A stretch of DNA of 45,492 nt from a bacterium (GTDB taxonomy: Bacteria > Margulisbacteria > WOR-1 > O2-12-FULL-45-9 > XYB2-FULL-48-7): NCBI GenBank assembly GCA_043812655.1, contig JBDRLW010000001.1, positions 1 to 45,492 on the forward strand, read 5' to 3'. How positions within the stretch are numbered: position 1 is the stretch's first letter; each line of letters begins with the position of its first letter. Below the pieces are notes generated by a model. The model was not told where the DNA came from. It saw only the letters and a list, made by a program, of their open reading frames with translations, and did not search any database. A program made the translations under genes and the position numbers. Positions 27,359 through 37,275 of this stretch are shown here, in pieces.

Positions 27359-28633
27359 TTATGCCTCTATATCAATTTTCCTTAGTAGATCATCAAGACC
27401 GGGAAGCATGGGGATCAAATACGGTTTAATGTTACACATCGCCGAATCAACTTTTACTTGATAACCGGTAATTAAGAAGTTCTTGTTGGCCAGCTTCTGC
27501 TGAAAGTCGCCAAAATCTTTGGCGATCAAATTCCGGCCCTCTTCCCCATATTCTTTCTCATTAAAAACAAAGATAACATAAACCTTATTATCTTTAACGA
27601 TCATCGACACGACCATTTTCCCCATATTTTCCGTTTCCATCGACATTACTACCTGGGTATTTCTGGGATCAATATTCGCTTGTTTTCCCTCCCCATCACG
27701 TTTTATGACAATTTCAAAATCTTTCGGCGGATTGGTCATGGCATTGGGGATTTGCTGGTAATGATAATTAACTTCCTGGCGGCCGCTTTGGGATAAGATC
27801 GCTTGAGCTAATAAATTTTGCATTACGCTATCAAGCTTACCCTGAAATTCCCTGAGTGCCGCAGACAAAGCTTTAGCCTCCTCGCTCCCTGCCGGCGCTT
27901 TTTGCTGGAGGCCTTGGAGCAAAGCCTTGAGCGCCCTAACATCATTGATCGTATTCCCCCGATTAAAGGCTTTAGTCGCCCCTTTTTCGGTAATTGACTG
28001 GAATGTGCTGTCAAATTGGGCTAAGATCGCCGACAATTGCGAAAGCAGCGCCGAATCAAACAGGCCCTTACCCATCCCCATTGCACTGTTAAGATTGCCA
28101 AGCGCCCCTTGCATTGAGATCATCTTCGCCGCTAGTGCCGGATTTTCAGTAAAATATTGTCCCAAAACCTTAGCGGCCGAAGGATCATCTATCCCCTTCA
28201 TGAGGAGGAGAACCGCCGCTTCCTGCATCGATTGCGACTTATCGCTCCCTTGGATCATCGTCATGACCTTAACAAAATTGGTTTGTGATAATTCAAGGCC
28301 GTTGCGAAGCATAAGGGAAGCCAACTTGGTATTAAAATCGTTCGCTTCAATTTGTTGAGAGAGAAGGTGAGAACGGATATCTTCTATGGTAAGCGGCCTG
28401 GCTACTGACGGGGCTGGTTTAGGTGGGGCAACTGGAACTCCTGCTTGGGGACCAGTGGGAGCGGAAACTTCTCCCGGTTTAGTTGGCGCCCCTCTAGAAG
28501 GAACGCCTCTTACTCCCCCAGCAGTCTCAGCTTGCGCAGCGTTGCTGACCGGAGAACTTGAGGCCTTCCCTGTCGGCCAAAGAACTGGTTTCCCGGGGTG
28601 CAAGCCCCCACCATCGGCTTTTACCTCTGCCAT
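27359..28633 (-). CDS. FliK-like (YlqG-like) hook-length control protein
   Basis: Low-complexity Pro/Ala N-terminus and C-terminal METENMGKMVVSM (LxxxxLGxV-type) domain; directly upstream of the FlhB-like gene. Confidence 0.65.
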   Translation of the reverse strand: MAEVKADGGGLHPGKPVLWPTGKASSSPVSNAAQAETAGGVRGVPSRGAPTKPGEVSAPTGPQAGVPVAPPKPAPSVARPLTIEDIRSHLLSQQIEANDFNTKLASLMLRNGLELSQTNFVKVMTMIQGSDKSQSMQEAAVLLLMKGIDDPSAAKVLGQYFTENPALAAKMISMQGALGNLNSAMGMGKGLFDSALLSQLSAILAQFDSTFQSITEKGATKAFNRGNTINDVRALKALLQGLQQKAPAGSEEAKALSAALREFQGKLDSVMQNLLAQAILSQSGRQEVNYHYQQIPNAMTNPPKDFEIVIKRDGEGKQANIDPRNTQVVMSMETENMGKMVVSMIVKDNKVYVIFVFNEKEYGEEGRNLIAKDFGDFQQKLANKNFLITGYQVKVDSAMCNIKPYLIPMLPGLDDLLRKIDIEA

Positions 28634-28637
28634 TTAA

Positions 28638-29336
28638 TTACTTCTTTTCGGGTTTAACTGCCGCGGGAATAGCGCCTGGAGCTGATTTCTCTTTAACTTT
28701 TTCATCGGCCACCGCGTCAGCCGCCACATCGGACGGGACTTCAGATGGTGTCGGGATCGGCGCCTCTACAACTTCTTCCTTGGTCGGCGGTGCGCAGGTC
28801 GCGATCATCTCCTGTGGTTCTGAAAGTATCTTTACTTTCGCGTCTTTGGCCAGATCAGAAACGTGGAATGACTCGTTAATATTAAGCGGGGTTACATCAA
28901 TGATAAACTTATCAGGAATCGATGTCGGCAAACATTCGACTTCAACTTCTCTAAGGCCATGGACCAAAATACCGCCGCCTTCTTTAACGCCGATCGGTAT
29001 ACCAGTTAATTCGACGTGAACCTTAGTCCTGATCGCCTCATCCATAGCAATATTGCGAAAATCAACATGTAAAAGCTCATCGGTTAAAGGATCGATCTGC
29101 ACCGCTTGAGTTAAAACCGCCAAGCTTTTTCCCCCAATTTTTAGGGTGACTATAGCGTTCATTCCCGCTTCCGATTTAAGAATAGTTTTAACAAAAGTCT
29201 TGTTATCGATCGAGACAGGAAAAGAGGTGATCTTTTTTCCATACACAACAGCTGGGACAAAACCCGCTTGCCTTAATTTTTTGAGGTCTTTACGGACTTC
29301 TATTCGTTCTTTCGCTTCTAATTCGATCTTTTCCAT
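28638..29336 (-). CDS. rplY: 50S ribosomal protein L25/Ctc
   Basis: LRQAGFVPAVVYG, LLHVDF, GVKEGG and IPDKFIIDV. Confidence 0.96.
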   Translation of the reverse strand: MEKIELEAKERIEVRKDLKKLRQAGFVPAVVYGKKITSFPVSIDNKTFVKTILKSEAGMNAIVTLKIGGKSLAVLTQAVQIDPLTDELLHVDFRNIAMDEAIRTKVHVELTGIPIGVKEGGGILVHGLREVEVECLPTSIPDKFIIDVTPLNINESFHVSDLAKDAKVKILSEPQEMIATCAPPTKEEVVEAPIPTPSEVPSDVAADAVADEKVKEKSAPGAIPAAVKPEKK

Positions 29337-29387
29337 AACAGTATTATTTTATCAGATTTTCGGTTGAGTGTCAAAAGAGATAAAGTA

Positions 29388-29627
29388 TTAAGCCAATTTT
29401 GAATACAATGTCTCTGGTGCAATATCCTGACCACCAGGCCAGCAAATGGTCCCCAAGTCTTTATTAATACTAAATTTCTTAAAATAATTAATATCTTTAA
29501 AGTCGGCAAAAACACCTTTATTGTCTAAATAATTACTAAAATCAACTATCCCGGTTTTTCCGTCTTCAAAGACTAATGTAATTTTATAGTCTTTAAGGTA
29601 TTTAGCGTTTATTACATCGTATAGCAT
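29388..29627 (-). CDS. DUF2442 protein (putative antitoxin)
   Basis: YKITLVFEDG...GTICWPGGQDIAPETLY. Start moved to ATG 29627 after AAGGAG. Confidence 0.85.
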   Translation of the reverse strand: MLYDVINAKYLKDYKITLVFEDGKTGIVDFSNYLDNKGVFADFKDINYFKKFSINKDLGTICWPGGQDIAPETLYSKLA

Positions 29628-29638
29628 TAGATTTCTCC

Positions 29639-29899
29639 TTATTGCAACGGTAGTATGGGAAATAATGGCTTTTGTTGTTTGGCCAGTTCCCACTCTTTAA
29701 TTAGTTCGTCTTTATGAAGAGCCGCCCATTCAATGACCAACCCAAGAACCCTTGGCGGCAATCTCCCAACTTTAACCGTCAACTCATTTATGTCAATTGT
29801 CACCTTTTGATCTTCATATCGGGCATGAAAATGCGGTGGGTTATGATCATCATAAAAGACCGCAATTACTATCCCAAAAAACCTGCATATCTCTGGCAT
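29639..29899 (-). CDS. DUF4160 protein (putative toxin)
   Basis: MPEICRFFGIVI...DHNPPHFHARY...EWAALHKDELIKEW. Confidence 0.88.
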   Translation of the reverse strand: MPEICRFFGIVIAVFYDDHNPPHFHARYEDQKVTIDINELTVKVGRLPPRVLGLVIEWAALHKDELIKEWELAKQQKPLFPILPLQ

Positions 29900-29914
29900 A
29901 ATTAATTATACCAC

Positions 29915-29957
29915 AAAAAAACCGGCCTCTTAGAAAATTCCCTCTAAAAGGCCGGTT
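29915..29957 (-). terminator. Terminator-like hairpin upstream of the DUF4160 gene
   Basis: AACCGGCC-TCTTAGA...TCTAAA-AGGCCGGTT with an adjacent A-run (T-tract on -). Confidence 0.55.
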
Positions 29958-30029
29958 AATAAGGGCATAAGTTGTTTAAATCAGTTTTATGTTATTAATA
30001 CATGAACAAAAATACACAAACAGAAAAAA

Positions 30030-30057
30030 TGAAATTTTTCCCAAAACCTGCCGATAT
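30030..30057 (+). promoter_or_regulatory. Sigma-28-like promoter
   Basis: GAAA-N15-GCCGATAT, compared with the FliA consensus TAAA-N15-GCCGATAA. Confidence 0.7.
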
Positions 30058-30109
30058 ATATACGTCTAAGGCTTGCTGAGTCACAATGATGACATAGGAG
30101 GAAAAGAAA

Positions 30110-31027
30110 ATGAGTTTATCGGTAGGGTTAGTTTATTTAGCGAGAACAATGGTAAGGCAAACTCCCAATGGGCTTGCTAATGAGGAAGATGAAGGGAAAA
30201 AAACAGCCAGCGAAGCTTTTAATCCACCACAATTCAACGAATTTGAAGGGACTATTCGAGATTTTTCTGTTTGCCACTATGAGTACAATCAATTTCAAAG
30301 AATGGAAAAATGTGTTTCTATAAAAGCAGAGATAAAAAATCGTTATGAAGAAGGATTAAATCGATTTAAAATCGGAGAAGCATTCTTGGCTAGTGGGGAT
30401 AATATTGAAGCTAATCTCAAGTTTAGGGAAGCAGATCGTTTTTTTAATTATGCTCAAGCTTTATTTAGAACAAATCAAGATGGAACTCGCGACTATTCGG
30501 TCAGTTCTCCGCAAATAAATCATGCAAAATTAGCCGCGCAAGCAAAATTACCAAACAACTATCCTCATTTACCTGGGTTATCTTTTGTTACTGGAGGAAC
30601 CCCTTTTGATTTATGCGGGGAGCTAAGAGCGCAAAATATGGAATATTATCAAAAAAAAGAGCTTGGGTTAATTTGCGATAATCTTGAAGGCAGCGAAAAA
30701 GCCCCGGCAAATAGGATGCTGTATCAATTAATTCCTTCAGCTACGGAGATTTTTAGGCGTTATTCTACATCAATGCCAGATCACGAACTCACCTTTGTCT
30801 TTAAAGTATCAGTAAAAAGTGACGGCTCTGCAGAAGTAAAAGTTGTTCCGAGTGAAGATGAAATTAGTAATTTGGATGAAGGTTATAAAGAAAAGTTGTC
30901 AACTCGTTTTGAACATTTGATGATAAAAATAAAAGAAAATATGGACTTCGGCCCTACGCCTACAAACCTTAATTTCTCATTGACTTTTATTAAATCAGAT
31001 ACAACAATACAGGTTCTTCAGCAATAA
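30110..31027 (+). CDS. Orphan hypothetical protein
   Basis: 305-aa ORF with AGGAGG RBS; no recognised motifs. Confidence 0.7.
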   Translation: MSLSVGLVYLARTMVRQTPNGLANEEDEGKKTASEAFNPPQFNEFEGTIRDFSVCHYEYNQFQRMEKCVSIKAEIKNRYEEGLNRFKIGEAFLASGDNIEANLKFREADRFFNYAQALFRTNQDGTRDYSVSSPQINHAKLAAQAKLPNNYPHLPGLSFVTGGTPFDLCGELRAQNMEYYQKKELGLICDNLEGSEKAPANRMLYQLIPSATEIFRRYSTSMPDHELTFVFKVSVKSDGSAEVKVVPSEDEISNLDEGYKEKLSTRFEHLMIKIKENMDFGPTPTNLNFSLTFIKSDTTIQVLQQ

Positions 31028-31028
31028 T

Positions 31029-32402
31029 CTAAAAAGAGGCATATTTGACCTTTGTCGTTGTTCCTGTCCCTTCATAATAGCTTAAATACTTTTTCCCGTT
31101 AGTGCCGATGGCTAACGAGGGATAACCGCTGCTCTGTTTTACAACCGTCATAAATAGCCAAGCTCCCGTTACATTTGTCGCAATTTTTAAAGCGCCTGAA
31201 GCATCAACATATGTAACATATAATTTCCCATTAGCATCGACTTTAATACAAGGATTTGTACTTACACTATTTTTTGATCCAACATTAGCTAAAGTTGATA
31301 CAACCCAAGCGCCTGAAGTATTTGTAGCATATCTTAAAGCGGCGTTTTCTCTATCATCATAGACAATGTGGATCTTGCCATTACCATCAATTGCTATAGA
31401 ATGATCAATATCTGTAACGACAGAATCTACAATATATTCAACTGCGGCAACTTCTTGGGTAATCCAAGTGCCAGAGGCATTGGTCGCATATTTTATTTTT
31501 TTCCCAGCTTCGCCATAGTAAGCGAAATGAAGTTTATTATTAGTATCAATAACTAGTGAGGTTTTTTGGCTACGTTCCTTATCAACAACAAACCCTTCCC
31601 ATGAACCATTCGCATTAGTGTAATATTTTAAATAGCCGGTGCCATTAGCCTGAAATCCGACATATGTTTTATCGTTATTATCAACCCCTATGGCGCTATA
31701 GCGTCCAAATTCCCCAGCATTATAATCACCAATTATAGATTTAACCCAACTTCCAGTAGAATTATCAGAATATCTTAACCCTGGGGTTGGATTCGCCGCC
31801 ACACTAAATCCACCAGAATAACTCACTTGGGGTTTATTGTTGCTATCTATTCCCAAAGCAACTCCATAACCGCCAACTCCATGGACAGAACCACCCGCTT
31901 CAATCGTTGAAACTCCCCAAGAGCCAGAAATATTAGTCGCATATTTGGGCCCTTGAATGTTGTCATTATAATAAGCAATGTGAGCCTTATTATTGCTATC
32001 AGTCCCGATCGCCGTATCGTCTGCTGATGACAAAGCACCAACATTTGCATCAATTGTTGTAACCTCGTTTAACACCACGTTTACAGTTGAAGAATAAGCA
32101 AGCTTATAAGTAGTGTTAGCTGTTTGTTGGCTGGTTGTCAAAGCAACCGTCACCCCATCAGCACCTAAGCTAGCGGCGGTTACTTCCAGGCTAGTTGTTT
32201 CATCAAGCGACTTTACTGCGTAATTACTTTTATTGGTAGCCGAAGAGTCGGGTGTTCCATTAAATAAAACAGCAAGCGATGTTGACGAATTTGTGGTAAC
32301 TGAGACAATAGACGGAGCAGTCGTTTGTGAAAAAAGCCCGCAACCAAAGATTCCCAGCCCAGCCACTAACAAAAATCCTAAAACAATATATTTTTTAAAC
32401 AT
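31029..32402 (-). CDS. Surface lipoprotein with an Ig-like N-domain and beta-propeller-like repeats
   Basis: Lipobox IFGC; about six repeats of IxxDxNxKxHxxY...LxYATNxSGxW. Confidence 0.8.
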   Translation of the reverse strand: MFKKYIVLGFLLVAGLGIFGCGLFSQTTAPSIVSVTTNSSTSLAVLFNGTPDSSATNKSNYAVKSLDETTSLEVTAASLGADGVTVALTTSQQTANTTYKLAYSSTVNVVLNEVTTIDANVGALSSADDTAIGTDSNNKAHIAYYNDNIQGPKYATNISGSWGVSTIEAGGSVHGVGGYGVALGIDSNNKPQVSYSGGFSVAANPTPGLRYSDNSTGSWVKSIIGDYNAGEFGRYSAIGVDNNDKTYVGFQANGTGYLKYYTNANGSWEGFVVDKERSQKTSLVIDTNNKLHFAYYGEAGKKIKYATNASGTWITQEVAAVEYIVDSVVTDIDHSIAIDGNGKIHIVYDDRENAALRYATNTSGAWVVSTLANVGSKNSVSTNPCIKVDANGKLYVTYVDASGALKIATNVTGAWLFMTVVKQSSGYPSLAIGTNGKKYLSYYEGTGTTTKVKYASF

Positions 32403-32436
32403 CTATAATCTCCTCCTCTTTTTTGACGTCTAATAT

Positions 32437-32465
32437 AGTTTACCCCCCCCCCCGTAGAATGTCAA
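32437..32465 (-). promoter_or_regulatory. Sigma-70 promoter with a G11 tract in the spacer
   Basis: TTGACA-TTCTAC-G11-TAAACT, spacer exactly 17 nt. Confidence 0.75.
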
Positions 32466-34219
32466 TCAGTATTTTTGTCGACGTGAATATTAGGCTTATT
32501 TTCTTTCTTCGCGACTACTTCCGATGTCGGCATTCTATTATCCTTATACCATTTTAAGATGTCCCTAGCTACATAAGCCGAGGATTGGTCGCCATGGGCG
32601 CCATGGGCCACAAAAGAGGCGATCACTATCTTGGCATCATCATACGGAGCATAGCAAAGGAACCAAGCATGGGGAATCCCCGGATTTTCCGCTGTTCCGG
32701 TCTTGCCGGCCGCCAAAAAGCCTTCTATTTTTGCCGCCCGGCCGGTCGCCCTGTCAACCACCGCCCTCAAAGCTTCTCTAATAACAGCTAAAGTTTTTGG
32801 AGAAGCAGGAACCTTGGCTTCTTCTATCGATGAAGCGGAATATAAAAGCTCCCCGTTCCTATTCTTTATTTCTTTAACAATATACGGTTTCATCCGTTTA
32901 CCGCTAGCCAAAGCCGCGTAAATTTCCGCCATTTGGATCGGCGTCACTTGGACAAAGCCCTGGCCGATTCCATAATTGATCGAATCCCCTTCATACCAGA
33001 TCTCTCTCCTCGCCCTTTTCTTCCATTCTGAATCGGGAATTGTCCCTTTTTTCTCTTGGGGAAGATCGATCCCGGTCCTTTCGTTCAGCCCATATAATTT
33101 CGCATATTTCGCCAAACGGTCCGGGCCAAGCCGCCGTCCCAACTCATAAAAAACAATATCGCATGATTGGGTCAAGCCTTCCTGTGCCGTGATCTTCCCG
33201 TGTCCGCCCTCTTTCCAGCATTTAGCGATCCGGCCGTTAAGGTTGTAATACCCGGGACAATAAAAAGCTTCGTTTGATTGGGTAAGGTTTTCATCAAGCG
33301 CCGCGGTCAAGGTGACAACCTTAAAGATTGAGCCGGGAGGATAAACTGCCAGCGCCCTGTTCATAAAAGGGTGGCGGCCATGCCCAAGCGCCAGTTTCAC
33401 GTCATTAGGGTCAAAACTTGGCCGGCTAACTAAAGCAAGTATCTCCCCTGTTTTTGGATCAAGAACTACAACCGCTCCTTCTTTCTCACCCAACGCCTTC
33501 TCAGCCGCGATCTGCAGGTCAAGATCGATCGTTAATTTAACGTCAGCCCCCGGTTTAGGCTCAACTGTTTCCAGCATCCTGGTTGGCGAACCATAGACGT
33601 CAACTTCGATCATCTTCCCCCCATCAACACCCCGGATAAAATTGTCATATACTTTTTCTACTCCATCTTTGCCGACCCAATCACCAAGCTTATATCCTTC
33701 GCTCTTCTGCCGCTTTAATTCGTCTTGTTCGATCTCACCAACGTAACCAAGCGAAAGAGACGCTGTCTTGCCATGTGGATAAAAACGGACCGGCTGGATA
33801 GAAACGATCACCCCATCAAGTTCTCTTTTTTCTTCTTCGATCTTCATCGCGGTTTCCAGCGCGATGTTATCTTTAACAATGATCGGCCGGTCAGACGAAG
33901 GTTTAAAGCGGATCTTTTCTCCCAGGATCTCCCCTAACCGATTTAAGACCCGCGCCCGCTTATTTTTATCACGGGAAGAAAGCAATTGCGGCAAGACCTG
34001 GACAGAAAATATCGGGCGGTTTTCGACCATTACTTTACCGTTGCGGTCGTAAATGATCCCCCGGGCGGCTGGGCTGGGAACGATCTTCGCGGCGTTGACG
34101 CTTGCTTCTTCCCGGTATTTTCCCCCCATCGCCAGCTGAAGCCAAAAAAGGCGGAGGCCAAGGATCGTCAGTAAAACAATCGCGATAACAGCTAAAGAAT
34201 AGTTTTTTTCATTTGGCAT
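32462..34219 (-). CDS. mrdA: Penicillin-binding protein 2
   Basis: RGIIYDRNG, PPGSIFK, SCD and KTGTAE; follows mreBCD. Confidence 0.95.
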   Translation of the reverse strand: MPNEKNYSLAVIAIVLLTILGLRLFWLQLAMGGKYREEASVNAAKIVPSPAARGIIYDRNGKVMVENRPIFSVQVLPQLLSSRDKNKRARVLNRLGEILGEKIRFKPSSDRPIIVKDNIALETAMKIEEEKRELDGVIVSIQPVRFYPHGKTASLSLGYVGEIEQDELKRQKSEGYKLGDWVGKDGVEKVYDNFIRGVDGGKMIEVDVYGSPTRMLETVEPKPGADVKLTIDLDLQIAAEKALGEKEGAVVVLDPKTGEILALVSRPSFDPNDVKLALGHGRHPFMNRALAVYPPGSIFKVVTLTAALDENLTQSNEAFYCPGYYNLNGRIAKCWKEGGHGKITAQEGLTQSCDIVFYELGRRLGPDRLAKYAKLYGLNERTGIDLPQEKKGTIPDSEWKKRARREIWYEGDSINYGIGQGFVQVTPIQMAEIYAALASGKRMKPYIVKEIKNRNGELLYSASSIEEAKVPASPKTLAVIREALRAVVDRATGRAAKIEGFLAAGKTGTAENPGIPHAWFLCYAPYDDAKIVIASFVAHGAHGDQSSAYVARDILKWYKDNRMPTSEVVAKKENKPNIHVDKNTD

Positions 34220-34679
34220 TAGTCAATTCCTTGACCAAGGGAAATAATAAAAAGACAAAGGCCATATTTAATAGTGTCCCGCCAACCAGCTGTACAATAA
34301 AATAAACTGGGCTTATGGCATTATTAAGGATAATTAACCTGGCAATAATAAAAACAGGTGAAAAAAGGGCGGTCATGCTAAGCGAGAAAGAAAATTCGTC
34401 GCCGCTAAGGCCTGCCCTTGTCCCGCTGATAATATTACTGATGACCACTTTAATGATCGTGTTGAGTAGGATCCCTGCCGACATAAGATCTTGTAATAAT
34501 GATAAAGTGGCGGCAAAAACGGTCGCTGGCGCCCTCTCCTCAAAAACAGCAAAAATGACCACGGCCACTAAAACCAGGTCGGGCATTAAGCCGAATAAAT
34601 TTAGCCTGGCCAAGATCACGGTTTGGAGGACAAAAAGACCTAAAATAAAGGCCGCTATTTTAAAAAGACGCAACGACAA
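34209..34679 (-). CDS. mreD: Rod shape protein MreD
   Basis: Hydrophobic protein with PDLVLV and LLQDL motifs; operon position. Confidence 0.85.
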   Translation of the reverse strand: MSLRLFKIAAFILGLFVLQTVILARLNLFGLMPDLVLVAVVIFAVFEERAPATVFAATLSLLQDLMSAGILLNTIIKVVISNIISGTRAGLSGDEFSFSLSMTALFSPVFIIARLIILNNAISPVYFIVQLVGGTLLNMAFVFLLFPLVKELTNAK

Positions 34680-35478
34680 AAACCTCTTCCAGCCGGAAAA
34701 AGTTGACCGCTGGTTTTATTTTAATGTCATAAAACAGGTCGACCTCTCTTTTCGTGGCGCTAGAAATGATCCCGATCGGTATTCCAGGCGGGAAAAGGAG
34801 CGAAGCCGCCGCAGTAACGATCTTATCTCCCGGCGCTAAAACTGCCCCGGTATTAACATATTTCATTGACAATAGGTATGGCGAATACCCTTCCACCACC
34901 CCAGAACTCCGGTTGTTCTGCTCAACCGCCGCGACCGAACTTGAAGGATCAGTAATTAACAGGACTTTTGAGCTTAATGGGGATACTTCGATCACCAGCC
35001 CTACCAACCCATCTCTCACCACCACTGGCCTATTTAATAAGACGCCGGCCTTACTCCCTTTATCAATTATTAAGACCAAGCTTTGCGGTGAAGCCGAGCG
35101 GCCGACCACTCGGGAAGGTATAAGTTTTAAGTGATAAGAATTAAGAACAGAAAAACCCAACCCTTCCCTTAATCTGGCGTTTTCCTGCTTTAGTTCTTCC
35201 AATTGGAGCAAACTAATTTCTTTTGACGCTAACTCCGCTTTTAAAGCGGCATTTTCTGCCGCTTGATTTTTTAAGTCGATTAAAAAGCCGGGAAATCCGG
35301 TCGTGCCATGCCATATCGCATTCGCCGTAAATTGGAAGGGATAAATAGCGCCGGCCGCAATCATCCTAAGGGACGACAAATTATTGATAAAAACAAAAGA
35401 TAAAAGCGCGGCCAAAACCAGGATCATGGCCGGTAAAACGTAAGAAGTTTTTTTCCTAAAAGGCCGGTACTGCGTCAC
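34660..35478 (-). CDS. mreC: Rod shape protein MreC
   Basis: TM segment, coiled-coil [16 protein letters not shown] and FPPGIPIG. Confidence 0.93.
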   Translation of the reverse strand: MTQYRPFRKKTSYVLPAMILVLAALLSFVFINNLSSLRMIAAGAIYPFQFTANAIWHGTTGFPGFLIDLKNQAAENAALKAELASKEISLLQLEELKQENARLREGLGFSVLNSYHLKLIPSRVVGRSASPQSLVLIIDKGSKAGVLLNRPVVVRDGLVGLVIEVSPLSSKVLLITDPSSSVAAVEQNNRSSGVVEGYSPYLLSMKYVNTGAVLAPGDKIVTAAASLLFPPGIPIGIISSATKREVDLFYDIKIKPAVNFFRLEEVFVVASF

Positions 35479-36521
35479 AGGTTGCTTTTGCTAGGCATTA
35501 TCAATACTTTTTTCAAAGTATCGATCTCTTCCAATATTTTTCCAGTCCCGTAAGCGACGCAAGAGACTGGATCATCGACAACATAGACCGACATGTCTGT
35601 CTCTTGAGCCAGAAATTTATCAAGCCCGCGCAAGAGAGATCCTCCGCCAGCCATCACGATCCCCCGGTCCATAATGTCGGCCGCCAGCTCTGGCGGTGTT
35701 TTTTCAAGCGTCATCCTGACCGCGTCAACTACGGTCGAAACCGGTTCAGCTAAAGCATCCCTAATTTCCGATGAAGTTAAAGTTAAAGTTTTGGGCAGTC
35801 CAGTCACTAGGTCGCGGCCTCTAACCTCGATCGTTTTTTCTTCCGGCAGAGGATACGCGGAACCGATATCAATTTTGATCTGTTCCGCCGTTCTTTCCCC
35901 GATCAAAAGATTATAATTTTTGCGGCAGTGGGCCACGATCGCTTCGTCCATTTCGTCGCCGGCTACCCGGATCGATTTGGAAACAACAATGCCGCCAAGC
36001 GCTAAAACCGCGACTTCGGTCGTCCCGCCGCCGATATCAACGATCATGCTGCCTTGTGCTTCGGAAACCGGAAGGTTAGCGCCGATCGCCGCCGCCATCG
36101 GTTCTTCAACCAGATAAGCTTCACGGGCTCCCGCGTGCATCGCCGCGTCAAGAACAGCTCTTTTTTCCACTCCGGTAATACCGGACGGGACGCCAACCAC
36201 GATCCGCGGCCGGACAAAGGCTGAACGGTTGTGGCTTTTGTTAATAAAGTGGCGGAGCATCATTTCGGTGATCTCAAAATCAGCGATAACACCATCGCGC
36301 ATCGGACGGACCGCGACGATATTGGCCGGGGTCCTTCCCAACATCCCTTTGGCTTCGTTCCCAAAAGCTAGGGCTTTGTTATTATCCTTATTGATCGCCA
36401 CGACCGACGGTTCACAAAGAATGATCCCCTCGCCTCGCGCAAAGACCAAGGTGGTCGCTGTTCCCAAATCTATCCCCAAGTCCCTAGAGAATTGGCCAAA
36501 TACATAATCGTACATTGACAT
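35475..36521 (-). CDS. mreB: Rod shape protein MreB
   Basis: [26 protein letters not shown] and PPELAADI. Confidence 0.98.
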   Translation of the reverse strand: MSMYDYVFGQFSRDLGIDLGTATTLVFARGEGIILCEPSVVAINKDNNKALAFGNEAKGMLGRTPANIVAVRPMRDGVIADFEITEMMLRHFINKSHNRSAFVRPRIVVGVPSGITGVEKRAVLDAAMHAGAREAYLVEEPMAAAIGANLPVSEAQGSMIVDIGGGTTEVAVLALGGIVVSKSIRVAGDEMDEAIVAHCRKNYNLLIGERTAEQIKIDIGSAYPLPEEKTIEVRGRDLVTGLPKTLTLTSSEIRDALAEPVSTVVDAVRMTLEKTPPELAADIMDRGIVMAGGGSLLRGLDKFLAQETDMSVYVVDDPVSCVAYGTGKILEEIDTLKKVLIMPSKSNL

Positions 36522-36538
36522 GAACAGTAGCCTCCTTG

Positions 36539-37126
36539 CTATTCAAACAAAATAATTGATTCAAATCCTTTGGCTGTTAAATTAGCCTTTTGGGCATTAG
36601 CTTCACTTCTAGTCTTAAACGCACCAACTTGAACTCGCCAGCCGAGCGAAGTCTTTTTAAGATAAGTATCAATCCCTTTTTCATTAAGCTGCGCTGCAAG
36701 CTTCTCCGCATTGGCCTTATAGATAAACAATCCAGCCTGAACTTTGTAAGGGTAAGCACTTCTGCTTGATCTAGCTATTCTCTTGCGCTTAGAAGATCGC
36801 TCACCCTTAGCCATTTTCTTATCGCACGCGGCCTGCTTCTCTTCCAGATAACTTTTTTGCAGCGCCTTTATCGCCGGCGGCGGTTCAGGGATCGGCACGA
36901 CTATTTTCCGTTCAAAATCTCCACCCGCCGGAAAAAGGATTCTCCTTCCCAGCTGGAAGCTCAACCAAAAACTGCCAACAACAATCAAAGCTAAACCGAC
37001 CAGCACCAAAGCATTTTTAAACTTGGCAAAACCGTTACCAGGCTTTTGCTCTTCTGTCTCTGGTGTCTCCGGGTTTTGGACTTCTAATTCTTTATCTTTT
37101 AACTCGTTTAGCTCTTCGTTGGCCAT
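36539..37126 (-). CDS. SPOR-domain membrane protein
   Basis: One TM segment; YKVQAGLF...NAEKL and [14 protein letters not shown]. Confidence 0.88.
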   Translation of the reverse strand: MANEELNELKDKELEVQNPETPETEEQKPGNGFAKFKNALVLVGLALIVVGSFWLSFQLGRRILFPAGGDFERKIVVPIPEPPPAIKALQKSYLEEKQAACDKKMAKGERSSKRKRIARSSRSAYPYKVQAGLFIYKANAEKLAAQLNEKGIDTYLKKTSLGWRVQVGAFKTRSEANAQKANLTAKGFESIILFE

Positions 37127-37275
37127 TAGGATGTTATTCTACTATGTATCTTCCATAATCGTCAACTAATATTATTAGTGAAATTTATTTTTATATCAAA
37201 CGATTAAAGTATAAGCGAAAGATTCAAAACATAATAATTTTAGTTCAACATGATCATAGACTTAAAAGGAATTTA

